63,856 nucleotides of DNA, filler included, from Octopus bimaculoides (GCF_001194135.2; 9 parts of 8 records of this genome joined end to end with filler, not necessarily neighbours in it); one strand, 5' to 3'; positions 24,454-38,393 are shown, counted from the first letter of the whole stretch. Numbers and translations are program-made. Notes: a model not told the origin generated them from the letters alone.

Positions 24454-24851
24454 CTTTCCAAATGGCTTATAATGATCTGCTTCGACTTTGCGGTACATTA
24501 TCATAAAGCTTTTAATATTTTTGTGAACAATTAGCTGTAAACTGCCCAAAGACACATCATAATTCTCACTCAGTTGGACAGTAATCACAACAAGTGCAGC
24601 CGAACTCTCAAACACTTCCTCTCCATGTCTGCCTTGTGCACCAAGTGGTCTTAAACGGTATCCTGGAACGGTATTGTCTGTAGTTTGTATCCACTCGTCT
24701 TTGATATAAATTGTGCTTGACAGACCATTGATATCAACACAAGTCTTCCCTTCTGTTGTTGATGCAATTGGTGTTGCTGTTAATGTAATTGGTATTGTTG
24801 CTGTTGTTGATGGTGTTGTTGTTATTGGTGTCATTCCTGTTGGTGGGAGTT
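24454..24851 (-). CDS. Internal exon of a mucin-like extracellular protein: Thr/Pro-rich linker plus N-terminal part of a globular, possibly discoidin/F5-8C-like, domain
   Basis: Acceptor TGTCTCTTGCCACTAG (phase 1) and donor AAG|GTAGTT (phase 0). Peptide (E)LPPTGMTPITTTPSTTAT..TEGKTCVDINGL..IKDEWI..LRP..VSLGSLQL..NIKSFMIMY..KPFGK. Confidence 0.75.
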
Positions 24852-25595
24852 CTAGTGGCAAGAGACAATTTTCAAGATTATCAATATTAGAAGACATTAC
24901 CAAAATAGCAACATCAACCACACCAAGCAACAAACATGAAACTGTTACCAATAAATTTATTAATGTCTCTCTATTCTATTAATGTCAAATAAAGATTTAC
25001 ATAATATTGATGTTCTGTAGAACTGCAAAACCCCAAATTGTCTATCAACAGTAAATACATCAGACACTAAGATATATACACCTCACTATTGAACCAGCAT
25101 CAAAAATTTAATATTACCCAACAGACAGCAATAAATGTAAATAATGCTGATTTCTCGATACATTATTATGTTTCTGTTACATTGTTGAGGTTTTCAAATA
25201 TATTTCCATATTTTAGGACCTTCAATAAATGATGTTTCAAATGTCATGAATATGATTCTGTTGTGGCCATCGACAGCATGGCACTAAACATTATCAATAA
25301 TAGAAGATATAAAATAGTTGAAGAACAAATATTGTATATTATTAGCTGTTATACTTTTTAATGACCCCCAGATTTATATGAAACAAGGTTTATTTTCCTG
25401 AGATTTAATCTCTAATCAAGTGTATTAGGGGCTAAATCACTATAGGATTATTCCAGTGACAACATTGTAGGTGAGACAGTAGAAGGACCAGTTGANNNNN
25501 NNNNNNNNNNNNNNNNNNNNNNNNNNNNNNNNNNNNNNNTTAATTAATTAANNNNNNNNNNNNNNNNNNNNNNNNNNNNNNNNNNNNNNNNNNNN

Positions 25596-25648
<53 letters not shown>

Positions 25649-25859
25649 CGTGTGTGTTTGATTATTAGTAGTCAGTCATCGCGATTATGAATGTTCATGG
25701 CTTTGGCATGAGTTAGAAAGGTTTCTCTATACTGATCGGTTTTTCGCTTAAGTTTAGCATTTCTTTTGAGCAATTCCTTTCCACTTCATATTTCATTTTG
25801 CAGTATCTTTGAATGTCAGTTTAAGTCTTCAATGGTTTATTTTCCCTTTGCATTGTTGG

Positions 25860-26180
25860 GAGTAACAGCGAGTCTGCTGTTGTCCATCGTGTGTACGTGT
25901 CCCAACCAACATCAATTTCTATCTATGAGGACTTCCATCACAGAAGACAGACCATCACATTCTAGGATCTATTCATTCCTAATCTTGTCAAGTAGAGTGA
26001 TATTCATTTGTCGCAGCTGTCTCATCACATATGTATGTAACTTGTCTACTTGAACTCTATAGACTGTCCAGATTTCAGCTCCATACAGCAGGCAAGAAAG
26101 CATTATAGCCTGGTGTACCTTATTTTTCCCCAGCCTTTCCTGCAGCCTACCAAATGAAGCACTAGCTCTGTTCATTCTCT
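25860..26180 (-). mobile_element. RTE-clade LINE ORF fragment (post-RT)
   Basis: RASASFGRLQERL..LLYGAEIWTVYR..LRQMNITLLDKIRNE..WLGHV, typical of RTE/BovB C-terminal half. Confidence 0.85.
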
Positions 26181-26363
26181 TTGTGATTTCTTGTGATACA
26201 ACTTAACGAACACTAACGACCGACGAAATCTTTCTTCCTCTGTTCGCACGAACAATATGGCAGTTATTAACGCTCTTCCTTAACTTTTTCATACAGTTTT
26301 TGGTGTTTTTCTTGCAATTGAATTTAACCCGAATATTATTTATGATTCTTTGTATTTCTGCAG

Positions 26364-26506
26364 CTAACTCCAGTACATCAGTAGTACTAAATCGTGCTCA
26401 TGTTCCTATTGTCCCACGGAATACATGCCTTGAACATGCAGAAGATATCAAAAATCAACATATTTGTGCAGGAGAGCTCGTAGACAACGGGAAGACAACT
26501 TGTGTA
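26364..26506 (+). CDS. Peptidase S1 (trypsin/chymotrypsin-like serine protease), penultimate exon
   Basis: Acceptor TTCTTTGTATTTCTGCAG, donor GTA|GTAAGT. (A)NSSTSVVLNRAHVPIVPRNTCLEHAEDIKNQHICAGELVDNGKTTCV has C168, C182 and C191 equivalents; phase-0 intron just before GDSGGP is the classic S1 position. Confidence 0.93.
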
Positions 26507-27325
26507 GTAAGTACCATTTTTTTTTCTTATCGACGCTGTTGTTTTTGCTGGTCTCCCTTTGGCTTCTCTTCTTTAACCCTTTGCTTGTGCAAAGCATTTT
26601 CATAAATTTGTATTAAACATCCATGTTTGTTTTCAGATTTTTTTTTATCCCTTGTTTCCTGTTCTGAGTAATATAAAGTTTCCCTTTCTTAAATCCAAGT
26701 TACTCTCGTGGCTGAAATAAAATATTGGGAATGTTTATCATATATTTTTAGCTAACATTTGTTTCATACATTTTGAGTAATATGAAGCTTTCCTTTCATA
26801 ACTCACAAGTTGAAAGAATATTGGGGAACTGTACCATATTATGATGCATGGATGCCATCACTTGTAATACATAGGACAGGCAAAAGGTTAAACAAGAATG
26901 AAAATACACACATCTAATGTAGTCATATTATATCTAAAAAAAATGGGATGGTCACAGTTGGAATTGTCTTTGATTATTGGTTCAGTTAATTCTCTGGCTA
27001 TCCAGTCCATCGTATTAATGAAATAATCAAATAATGGTCGAAGATGATAAAACATATGTGATAGAGATTCCTAAGCAAGACTCAGTGATATAAAGCTTTC
27101 CTGGGTTGAAAAGACAGTCGTGAATGTGTATCATATATGATGCATAGATGCCATAGAAATATGTCCTGTGTATTATATGATACACAAGACAGGTAAAGGG
27201 TTAAAATATTTCTGTGTTTCAGTCTGTCATTCAAAGCTAACTCTTCACTACAAATAGTTCTAAAGACTCCTATGTTGATAATACTCAAATACAGACAACG
27301 AATATATATAGCGATATCTATAGTT

Positions 27326-27371
<46 letters not shown>

Positions 27372-29305
27372 NNNNNNNNNNNNNNNNNNNNNNNNNNNNN
27401 NNNNNNNNNNNNNNNNNNNNNNNNNNNNNNNNNNNNNNNNNNNNNNNNNNNNNNNNNNNNNNNNNNNNNNNNNNNNNNNNNNNNNNNNNNNNNNNNNNNN
27501 NNNNNNNNNNNNNNNNNNNNNNNNNNNNNNNNNNNNNNNNNNNNNNNNNNNNNNNNNNNNNNNNNNNNNNNNNNNNNNNNNNNNNNNNNNNNNNNNNNNN
27601 NNNNNNNNNNNNNNNNNNNNNNNNNNNNNNNNNNNNNNNNNNNNNNNNNNNNNNNNNNNNNNNNNNNNNNNNNNNNNNNNNNNNNNNNNNNNNNNNNNNN
27701 NNNNNNNNNNNNNNNNNNNNNNNNNNNNNNNNNNNNNNNNNNNNNNNNNNNNNNNNNNNNNNNNNNNNNNNNNNNNNNNNNNNNNNNNNNNNNNNNNNNN
27801 NNNNNNNNNNNNNNNNNNNNNNNNNNNNNNNNNNNNNNNNNNNNNNNNNNNNNNNNNNNNNNNNNNNNNNNNNNNNNNNNNNNNNNNNNNNNNNNNNNNN
27901 NNNNNNNNNNNNNNNNNNNNNNNNNNNATATATATATTATTATTATTATTATTATTAATAAATATGAGGGTAGCAAAAATTTTTATATATATATATACAT
28001 ACACTCTATTTTCCTAGCGCGTGGAGAGGCTTATAGCCAACCCCTTGTTATAATTATGTATATAATTATTAAAATGTTGGTAAAATTTACCTATAAGGTT
28101 TATATTACCACGCTGACCCCTTGGTAAAAGCATTAATGACTTTTAACCTTTATTATAATTACTATTTGAAAAATTTACTCCTTGATCAAAACTACATTCA
28201 CTGCAGAGTTTGTTTTGAAAAGAGGTTGAAAAGATACATGAGAATTCTACTTTACTGTATATTTCTACGAGTGTGTATATATATTGCTGTACGAAGTCGC
28301 TGCTCGTATACGTATGTGTAGGTACTCGTAAATATATACTATGAAATATCGTTTGCCGATGAGAGCCCCAGGTATATTTTTTTTTACCTTAAGCTTGAAA
28401 CAGGATCTTGTACACGGTTCATAGCCAATCCCTTGTTATAATTATGTATATAATTATTAAAATACCTATAAGGTTTTTATTTCTTGAAAATGGGGTCATA
28501 ACCCCGAAATATTGAATACAAGGTAGGTCTACAGTAATTCACATATTTGTTTTCTTGTGATTTACCTTGCATTACTTCGCATTGTTTTGGTCTTACCCAC
28601 GATCTTTTATACAGTATATATATATAAATAAAATTATTANNNNNNNNNNNNNNNNNNNNNNNNNNNNNNNNNNNNNNNNNNNNNNNNNNNNNNNNNNNNN
28701 NNNNNNNNNNNNNNNNNNNNNNNNNNNNNNNNNNNNNNNNNNNNNNNNNNNNNNNNNNNNNNNNNNNNNNNNNNNNNNNNNNNNNNNNNNNNNNNNNNNN
28801 NNNNNNNNNNNNNNNNNNNNNNNNNNNNNNNNNNNNNNNNNNNNNNNNNNNNNNNNNNNNNNNNNNNNNNNNNNNNNNNNNNNNNNNNNNNNNNNNNNNN
28901 NNNNNNNNNNNNNNNNNNNNNNNNNNNNNNNNNNNNNNNNNNNNNNNNNNNNNNNNNNNNNNNNNNNNNNNNNNNNNNNNNNNNNNNNNNNNNNNNNNNN
29001 NNNNNNNNNNNNNNNNNNNNNNNNNNNNNNNNNNNNNNNNNNNNNNNNNNNNNNNNNNNNNNNNNNNNNNNNNNNNNNNNNNNNNNNNNNNNNNNNNNNN
29101 NNNNNNNNNNNNNNNNNNNNNNNNNNNNNNNNNNNNNNNNNNNNNNNNNNNNNNNNNNNNNNNNNNNNNNNNNNNNNNNNNNNNNNNNNNNNNNNNNNNN
29201 NNNNNNNNNNNNNNNNNNNNNNNNNNNNNNNNNNNNNNNNNNNNNNNNNNNNNNNNNNNNNNNNNNNNNNNNNNNNNNNNNNNNNNNNNNNNNNNNNNNN
29301 NNNNN

Positions 29306-29367
<62 letters not shown>

Positions 29368-29969
29368 TAAATGCTATATGTGAATGTTTGAATGTGTGAA
29401 TGCATCCTATGCATTCACACATTCACACATTAGATAGATCGATAGATATAGACACTCAATCGGAAATGATGAGCTACGGCACAGCTTCCGTCTAATTTCC
29501 CTCACAAAATCTGCGTCGAATGCAAAGCTATGATGGTACACTTACCCAAGATGTGAGATCGAACCTGTGAACTCTTTTAGCGAAATTAACTCCCTATCCA
29601 TCCATCCAATCGAAATATTTCATACATGACATGTATACAACAAAATAACCGCAATAGTCTATAAAAGTATTAATTTGGTAACCGCCAAGATATATTCAAT
29701 ATATGAATAGTTACCATTAGTGTCCCGCTGAGTCAAAGTTCCAGAAGAATACAAAAGTTCTTTGAGGAATTTGACGAACCAACTTCAATGTATTTCTATC
29801 AACTCCTGCAGTCATTCATAATGAGAATAATCTTTGGTTAGGCCGGATGAAGTCTTTGACGGTTCTGTGACGAATTCGCAAACATACATGCATAGATACA
29901 TATATTCCTTCAGCCTTGTATAGATTCAACAATATATGCATAAGTACATTCAAACATACATGCATGCAT

Positions 29970-30003
<34 letters not shown>

Positions 30004-30737
30004 NNNNNNNNNNNNNNNNNNNNNNNNNNNNNNNNNNNNNNNNNNNNNNNNNNNNNNNNNNNNNNNNNNNNNNNNNNNNNNNNNNNNNNNNNNNNNNNNN
30101 NNNTATAATTTCTTACCTTTAGGGCAGTGCCCTACCCCAGCGTTGCCATAGTCCATTGACTGAATCAATTAAAAAATAAGATAAATAAAAAGGCAAAGAT
30201 ATAGATACCAGCTGTCTTATGATTGCAGTAATAATTTCACAAACGGGATCGAAGAAAGCTTATTTACAGAATAAATTCGCTTCCAATCAAAAATACATTG
30301 AAACACGTCAGCAATTACGATTATCGAATTCTCAACAATTACAATGGTTGAGATTTTGTATAATTTAATAACAGCAGAGTTAAACAGGCTAGTTTTAGCA
30401 ATTTGTCTATGTTTATAATGGCAACCAAGGAAATGTAGGTCGTTGATTCAATTAGAAATTTTATTCTAAAGACAAGTTATTAACATCAACAGCAGCACGT
30501 TTAAAGTAGGTACTGCGTGGTTGTTTGGAGGGGATCGATCGATGTGTGGGTGAGAAAGTTACTGGCACTGAGGAAAGCATTTTGGCGCCGCGATTGGTTA
30601 TGCTTCTACTGTCGATGTTTATTTTATGTATGTTTGTGTGTGTTACACACACACACATACGTACATACATACATACATACATACATACATACATACATAC
30701 ATACATACATACATACATACATACATACATACATACA

Positions 30738-30789
<52 letters not shown>

Positions 30790-32387
30790 NNNNNNNNNNN
30801 NNNNNNNNNNNNNNNNNNNNNNNNNNNNNNNNNNNNNNNNNNNNNNNNNNNNNNNNNNNNNNNNNNNNNNNNNNNNNNNNNNNNNNNNNNNNNNNNNNNN
30901 NNNNNNNNNNNNNNNNNNNNNNNNNNNNNNNNNNNNNNNNNNNNNNNNNNNNNNNNNNNNNNNNNNNNNNNNNNNNNNNNNNNNNNNNNNNNNNNNNNNN
31001 NNNNNNNNNNNNNNNNNNNNNNNNNNNNNNNNNNNNNNNNNNNNNNNNNNNNNNNNNNNNNNNNNNNNNNNNNNNNNNNNNNNNNNNNNNNNNNNNNNNN
31101 NNNNNNNNNNNNNNNNNNNNNNNNNNNNNNNNNNNNNNNNNNNNNNNNNNNNNNNNNNNNNNNNNNNNNNNNNNNNNNNNNNNNNNNNNNNNNNNNNNNN
31201 NNNNNNNNNNNNNNNNNNNNNNNNNNNNNNNNNNNNNNNNNNNNNNNNNNNNNNNNNNNNNNNNNNNNNNNNNNNNNNNNNNNNNNNNNNNNNNNNNNNN
31301 NNNNNNNNNNNNNNNNNNNNAGGGTACCCAATTATTGTTACACTAGTGTTATACCAAGTGCAATAAGTGCGGGTAAAATGGGGGTTATTTTACCCTAAAT
31401 TTATATAGCAATAAGAAAATGGAGGGGAATATGAGGTACTGATCAACTTGCAGACACTGTATTCCGTTGATTAATCAGTTTATTTTATAACTAAATTGAC
31501 AAGAAACACAATATACAGACACTTATGACATACCATGTCATATCAACAATAAAGATTTCAAATTTAAAGGACATTTAGCAATTGGAGAAGGGACAAAATA
31601 TTACNNNNNNNNNNTGACATACCATGTCATATCAACAATAAAGATTTCAAATTTAAAGGACATTTAGCAATTGGAGAAGGGACAAAATATTACAGCTGTT
31701 TCAGCCTAGCGTTGGCATGCCCCATTCTATCTCTATAGTTCTCGTACGCTCGAGTAATTAGTAGATGAAAATGATGTAATGGGAGAACATGCATGATTCG
31801 CTAGGCCTCTTCAGAGATTTACAAAATTCAATACAAATATAAAGTAAGAATAAAATAAAAAATAACAAAATAAAAATATAAGGCAAAAAGTATATAAAAC
31901 CATATAAATAGTTATAAAAACTCCAATATACATGCCTATGCATGTATACATTACCATATACAGATATACATGGATACAAAAACATAACTACAGGAGTACA
32001 TATATGTGTGCTCAGATGCACATACAGATGGCTGTACATGCATACCAAAATAGTCGACAGTCACTGTCACCATATATGAGGGGGACATACACATATCTAT
32101 CCCCTCACACATACATACATACATGCATACATATATGTATATATAAATATTTCCATACATACATGATCCCTGGTATGAACGTTATTCGTTGCGTTTCGAA
32201 AGCTATTTATATGTTGAAATTTGTTGGGTGCGTGCGTGGCATTTCTGTATATTCATGAGTACCCCATTTTCCCATCCATTTTCTTATTGCTATATATATA
32301 TGTGCGCGCGTGTGTGTGTGTGTGTGTGTGTGTGTGTACATATTGTGATCACATGTTTGTTGAATAATTGTTACATATTATATTTAC

Positions 32388-32430
<43 letters not shown>

Positions 32431-33369
32431 NNNNNNNNNNNNNNNNNNNNNNNNNNNNNNNNNNNNNNNNNNNNNNNNNNNNNNNNNNNNNNNNNNNNNN
32501 NNNNNNNNNNNNNNNNNNNNNNNNNNNNNNNNNNNNNNNNNNNNNNNNNNNNNNNNNNNNNNNNNNNNNNNNNNNNNNNNNNNNNNNNNNNNNNNNNNNN
32601 NNNNNNNNNNNNNNNNNNNNNNNNNNNNNNNNNNNNNNNNNNNNNNNNNNNNNNNNNNNNNNNNNNNNNNNNNNNNNNNNNNNNNNNNNNNNNNNNNNNN
32701 NNNNNNNNNNNNNNNNNNNNNNNNNNNNNNNNNNNNNNNNNNNNNNNNNNNNNNNNNNNNNNNNNNNNNNNNNNNNNNNNNNNNNNNNNNNNNNNNNNNN
32801 NNNNNNNNNNNNNNNNNNNNNNNNNNNNNNNNNNNNNNNNNNNNNNNNNNNNNNNNNNNNNNNNNNNNNNNNNNNNNNNNNNNNNNNNNNNNNNNNNNNN
32901 NNNNNNNNNNNNNNNNNNNNNNNNNNNNNNNNNNNNNNNNNNNNNNNNNNNNNNNNNNNNNNNNNNNNNNNNNNNNNNNNNNNNNNNNNNNNNNNNNNNN
33001 NNNNNNNNNNNNNNNNNNNNNNNNNNNNNNNNNNNNNNNNNNNNNNNNNNNNNNNNNNNNNNNNNNNNNNNNNNNNNNNNNNNNNNNNNNNNNNNNNNNN
33101 NNNNNNNNNNNNNNNNNNNNNNNNNNNNNNNNNNNNNNNNNNNNNNNNNNNNNNNNNNNNNNNNNNNNNNNNNNNNNNNNNNNNNNNNNNNNNNNNNNNN
33201 NNNNNNNNNNNNNNNNNNNNNNNNNNNNNNNNNNNGTGTGTGTGTGTGTGTGTGTGTGCGTGTGTGCGTGCGTGTGTGTTTCATTTGTTAATGTAGATCC
33301 CCAGAAAACGTAAATGACCGCCAGAAAAAACCGTCACACTATTACTGACGATATTCCCCTTTCACTTTC

Positions 33370-33845
33370 TATTTGTCAGTGATCAAACCCAGAAGTTCAC
33401 AAGGTTGCCGTTAAAATCATCAGAAGCAACAGCAGCCAGCTGCCCTTCCTGTATTCAGGGGTCACCTTGTAAAAACTCTCCAGTTTACCTCTGTATTGTA
33501 CTGTTTGAATATCAGCCAGCATTTTGTTTTTAGTCCATTCTTTCATTTTGTCAATCCACAGACATCTTCAACAGTTTCTTGCCCTCGTCCTTTGCACACT
33601 TCCTGTCAGGATTGATCTTGCGCTATCATTCGTGGTGTATTGCATGTCCAAAATATGATAGATTTGTAAACTTGATTCCTGATTGTAGGTGTCCATGGAT
33701 TTTCAGCTTTACTAATACTGCAGCATGCGTTGCCCTGTCTTTCCAACTTATTCTGCAAACTGCGAAAGATACACATTTCAAACGCACCTGTCGTCTTTTC
33801 CATTGTTCTGTACACTGTCCACATTCGTGACCCGTTGAAGACAAT
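33370..33845 (-). mobile_element. RTE-like LINE C-terminal remnant in the protease intron
   Basis: CRISWKDRATHAAVL..LSYFGHAI, with multiple stops. Confidence 0.65.
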
Positions 33846-33969
33846 TCTTCTATGATAAAATCATATTACAAACAAAATTTAAAACTTCAAAACAAAGAAA
33901 ACTACATAAAATATTTAAACTTAATCAAAACCAAACAATACTAAATGTTCCATTTTCTATCTTTGACAG

Positions 33970-34167
33970 GGTGACTCGGGTGGCCCACTGATCTGCACCC
34001 GCTCTTCAGATAACACTTTGGTGTTAGTTGGCGTCGTGTCTTATGGATGGGAATGTATTGAAGGCCTCTCCGTCTTCGCTAGTGTGGCACATTTCAGTCC
34101 TTGGATCACTACTACTTTGGACGAAATTTCAAAGCGGTCGAATGACACACAAGCACAGACATACTAA
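33970..34167 (+). CDS. Peptidase S1 terminal exon with catalytic Ser
   Basis: Acceptor TTTTCTATCTTTGACAG; GDSGGPLICTRSSDNTLVLVGVVSYGWECIEGLSVFASVAHFSPWITTTLDEISKRSNDTQAQTY*. In frame with the 26364-26506 exon; AATAAA at 34186 and 34303. Confidence 0.95.
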   Translation, partial: GDSGGPLICTRSSDNTLVLVGVVSYGWECIEGLSVFASVAHFSPWITTTLDEISKRSNDTQAQTY

Positions 34168-34371
34168 CATAAATATACATACATGAATAAACACACACAC
34201 AGACACAGACACACGCACACACACATACACACACACACACTGAGGACGAGCCCTGTTGTATTTGTGTCCTTTTGCTACAATAGCGACATCAGCTATACTA
34301 TCAATAAACATTTGCGAACTTTTAAGATTTTATATATTTATTTATTTATAGCATTGTTTCTTGTTTTTCTT

Positions 34372-34766
34372 CACTCTTTTACTTGTTTCAGTCATTTGAC
34401 TGCGGCCATGCTGGAGCACTGCCTTTAGTCGATCAAATCGACCCCAGGACTTATTCTTTGTAAGCCTAGTACTTATTTTATCGGTCTCTTTTGCTAAACC
34501 ACTAAGTTACGGGGACATAAACACACCACCATCGGTTGTCAAGCAATGTGGGGGGACAAACAGACACACAAACATACACACTCACACATATATACACATA
34601 TATACGACGGGCTTCTTTCAGTTTCCGTCTACCAAATCCATTCACAAGGCTTTAGTGGGCCCGAGGCTATAGTAGAAGACACTTGCCCAAGATGCCACGC
34701 AATGGGACTGAACCTGAAACCATGTGGTTGGTAAGCCAGCTACTTACCACACAGCCACTCCTGCGC
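34372..34766 (-). mobile_element. Full-length CORE-like SINE
   Basis: Same tail, internal microsatellite, CORE and head as 16945-17358. Confidence 0.88.
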
Positions 34767-35052
34767 ACATTTAAACTTTTTTTAGACATTCCTTCATTGG
34801 TCACACAGTCAAGAGACTTGAGCTTCGTGGCCATGCTGGTGTAGCCACCTTTAAAATTTCTTTGTCAATCATAACGACCTTTAGAATATATGTCAGAGGC
34901 TGGTACATACATATTTTATCAATCTCTAAATTAGAGAATCTCTAAGTAATATTTTGTATATAAGGGGACGCAATATCATACGGTGGTTTACAACTAATAC
35001 ACATAAAAACGTCTATAGTACAATTACACAGAGACACAAGCAAACAGAGAAG

Positions 35053-35094
<42 letters not shown>

Positions 35095-35809
35095 TGTATA
35101 TACAAATATACCGTGGAAAAAAAGAATATATATATATATATGGACACATGCGTGGCTGTGTGTTAAAAAATTTCCCAACTACATGTATACGTATATCTAC
35201 ACACGCCCACACGCACACTTATAATTGCACACATACACATTCCTGCAACTCGTTAGTTTTTCAAGCAGTAACTAATTGTTGACATATATTATTATTATTA
35301 ATATACAGCTGCATTGTAAGGTTACATATCTAAACTTATATGAACATCAATATCTGCACACAGGTGTAATGATATAGAAAGGCATGTTTGCCTCTTTAGA
35401 TAACTCATCTGGTACGTTCGTGTAGAGGCTATGCTCTAATAGTACCTTTTAGTCTGCATACTTTAGTCTGCGATTCCTCGGAACATAGCTGACATTTCCG
35501 GAATAGTGTGTTGTAGGGACTCGCGTGTTTAATTATTGACTAGGTCAGGTCGTATTTTACCTTCTTTTCCTTGAGTCACCAGATGAAATTGGTCAATGAT
35601 GTTGCGTGCCGTTGAAGGATTTTACAAAAGCTGACGATAGGGTTTCTATATCTATTTTTGAAAATATCAGCCGATACACAAATATATACTTGTACACGAC
35701 ATTTCGGGTCGTGCATTGGTTACCCAGAGGACATTTCTAACGGTCCCTGCAAGAGCAAAGATTGTCAGTTTTTTTTTGTTTTTTTTTTGCGTGTGTATCG
35801 CCGGTATAC

Positions 35810-36195
35810 ATTTGCAATCCAGGAAAAAGAAATATCAACCAAGTACCTGATGCACAAAAGGGATACAGATGCAGTTAAAGCCGTAAAGTGTGACAACCGA
35901 TGCAGACTTTGTGGTGTTCACGATGAAGATATCAACCACATCATAAGCAGTTGTCCGAAAATGTCATCACGGTATTATCTACCGATGAGACATGACGTTG
36001 TATCTAGGACACTCTATAATGAAATCCGTCGGAAGCACAAAGAAATAAGAAATAAGGACAAAGAAATAAGAACCTACATTATGGTAGAAGCTGTAGCCAC
36101 TCATAATAAAAAGGAGTACTGGTGGAATGTACCAATGAAGACCTCAATAAAATGTAAACACAACAGACCTGATATAATGATTTAGGATAGAGAAG
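35810..36195 (+). mobile_element. R4/Dong-like RLE non-LTR element fragment (CCHC knuckle and start of endonuclease)
   Basis: CRLCGVHDEDINHIISSCPKM..RHDVV..YWWNVP..KHNRPDIMI. Confidence 0.8.
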
Positions 36196-36339
36196 CGTCA
36201 TAGAAAGACCCTTACCATCTGGAAGTGCAACAGCGATGCCCTTCCTGACATCCCTCCTTACTTTCTCATGCGCAACTCGAGATTTCTCAAAAGTAGCTGT
36301 CCCCTCATGTACAATCCTTCTCCACCTGCTACGGTCAAT

Positions 36340-36496
36340 AGCTATGCCCTCCCAGGCTTGGAGAATTAGCTAAAGGAGAACGACCTCCACATAAACCAAA
36401 AAAGAGGTATAAAGATTTGCTGAAGGCTTTCTTGAAAGATGCTAGCATCTCTCCTGACACATGGAAGTGTGTGTATGAGACTGTTAAGGGGAAATA
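36340..36496 (+). mobile_element. RTE LINE C-terminal fragment
   Basis: LGELAKGERPPHKPKKRYKDLLKAFLKDASISPDTWK. Confidence 0.75.
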
Positions 36497-37213
36497 NNNN
36501 NNNNNNNNNNNNNNNNNNNNNNNNNNNNNNNNNNNNNNNNNNNNNNNNNNNNNNNNNNNNNNNNNNNNNNNNNNNNNNNNNNNNNNNNNNNNNNNNNNNN
36601 NNNNNNNNNNNNNNNNNNNNNNNNNNNNNNNNNNNNNNNNNNNNNNNNNNNNNNNNNNNNNNNNNNNNNNNNNNNNNNNNNNNNNNNNNNNNNNNNNNNN
36701 NNNNNNNNNNNNNNNNNNNNNNNNNNNNNNNNNNNNNNNNNNNNNNNNNNNNNNNNNNNNNNNNNNNNNNNNNNNNNNNNNNNNNNNNNNNNNNNNNNNN
36801 NNNNNNNNNNNNNNNNNNNNNNNNNNNNNNNNNNNNNNNNNNNNNNNNNNNNNNNNNNNNNNNNNNNNNNNNNNNNNNNNNNNNNNNNNNNNNNNNNNNN
36901 NNNNNNNNNNNNNNNNNNNNNNNNNNNNNNNNNNNNNNNNNNNNNNNNNNNNNNNNNNNNNNNNNNNNNNNNNNNNNNNNNNNNNNNNNNNNNNNNNNNN
37001 NNNNNNNNNNNNNNNNNNNNNNNNNNNNNNNNNNNNNNNNNNNNNNNNNNNNNNNNNNNNNNNNNNNNNNNNNNNNNNNNNNNNNNNNNNNNNNNNNNNN
37101 NNNNNNNNNNNNNNNNNNNNNNNNNNNNNNNNNNNNNNNNNNNNNNNNNNNNNNNNNNNNNNNNNNNNNNNNNNNNNNNNNNNNNNNNNNNNNNNNNNNN
37201 NNNNNNNNNNNNN

Positions 37214-37515
37214 GTGAGTGTTTATTGAGCGAAAACACCTAAAGCTCCACGAGGCTCCAGCAGGGGATGGCTGCGCACCCTGCTGTACTCTTCCACCACA
37301 ACTTTCTCTCACTCTTACTTCCTGTTTCTGTTGTGCCTGTAATTCAAAGGGTCAGCCTTGTCACACTCTGTCACGCTGAATATCCCTGAGAACTACGTTA
37401 AGGGTACACGTGTCTGTGGAGTGCTCAGCCACTTGCACGTTAATTTCACGAGCAGGCTGTTCCGTTGATCGGATCAACTGGAACCCTCGACGTCGTAAGC
37501 GACGGAGTGCCAACA
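37214..37515 (+). mobile_element. Family-3 tRNA SINE (head lost in gap)
   Basis: Reverse complement of the 9071-9468 body. Confidence 0.88.
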
Positions 37516-38180
37516 AACAAGACAAGCATACATACATACATAAATGATGGCTGCCAACTCGTGTTCGAGTATTACCGTCGCCTGACCGAAAGTCCCACAC
37601 ATGCGAACGCTACGACCAGCCATTTTTGCGAAAGGTCTTGCTTTTTCTGTGTGTGATGATTTTTTTCATCTGAACAGGGACAACACAAACTAGAAAAAAA
37701 GAACATCATCGAATATTGTCAGTGTCGCAGGTTTCCTCTCAGAGTTTCCCCTCTCCTAGAAGGATGTTGTGACAACAGACGGGCCTCCCACTCCCAGTGG
37801 ACACCAACCCAGGTATTTCCACGTCCCTGCGCATACATACACGTGTGCACATATTGTTGGATGGCCGTTGACTGCTCATGAGCCCTTCAGCCCTTTGTCA
37901 GGTTTTATATTTCGTTCTGCAGGGTGTCCAACAATCACCCTCAACACCAATTAAGCTTGACTCGACCAGGCAACAGGTTGTACATGGATTACATATTACC
38001 AGTAGCACCCAAGAACGACCTGACATACATACATACTTACATGCATACATACATACAGACAAACAGACAGACAGACAGACATAGATAGCTAGAGAGAAGA
38101 GAGAGAGAGAGACGTGTTATGTATACATAAACATTCATATATATTTGTGTGTGCGGTCGTGCATGCTTAAATATAGATAA

Positions 38181-38240
<60 letters not shown>

Positions 38241-38339
38241 GTTTCTTTATTAGCCACACAGGGCTCAACATAGAAGGGACAAAATACAAATGTAGAGTTT
38301 TTCTTTTCGAGGGGGGCGAAAACAAAGCAGAGAAAAAAA

Positions 38340-38372
<33 letters not shown>

Positions 38373-38393
38373 CAGATAGACAGATAGACAGAT

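Noticed and set aside
25441-25495. Minus-strand STGPSTVSPTMLSLE* at scaffold edge as a further mucin exon
   Set aside because: It is too short, hits a stop and has no convincing donor; cannot be supported.
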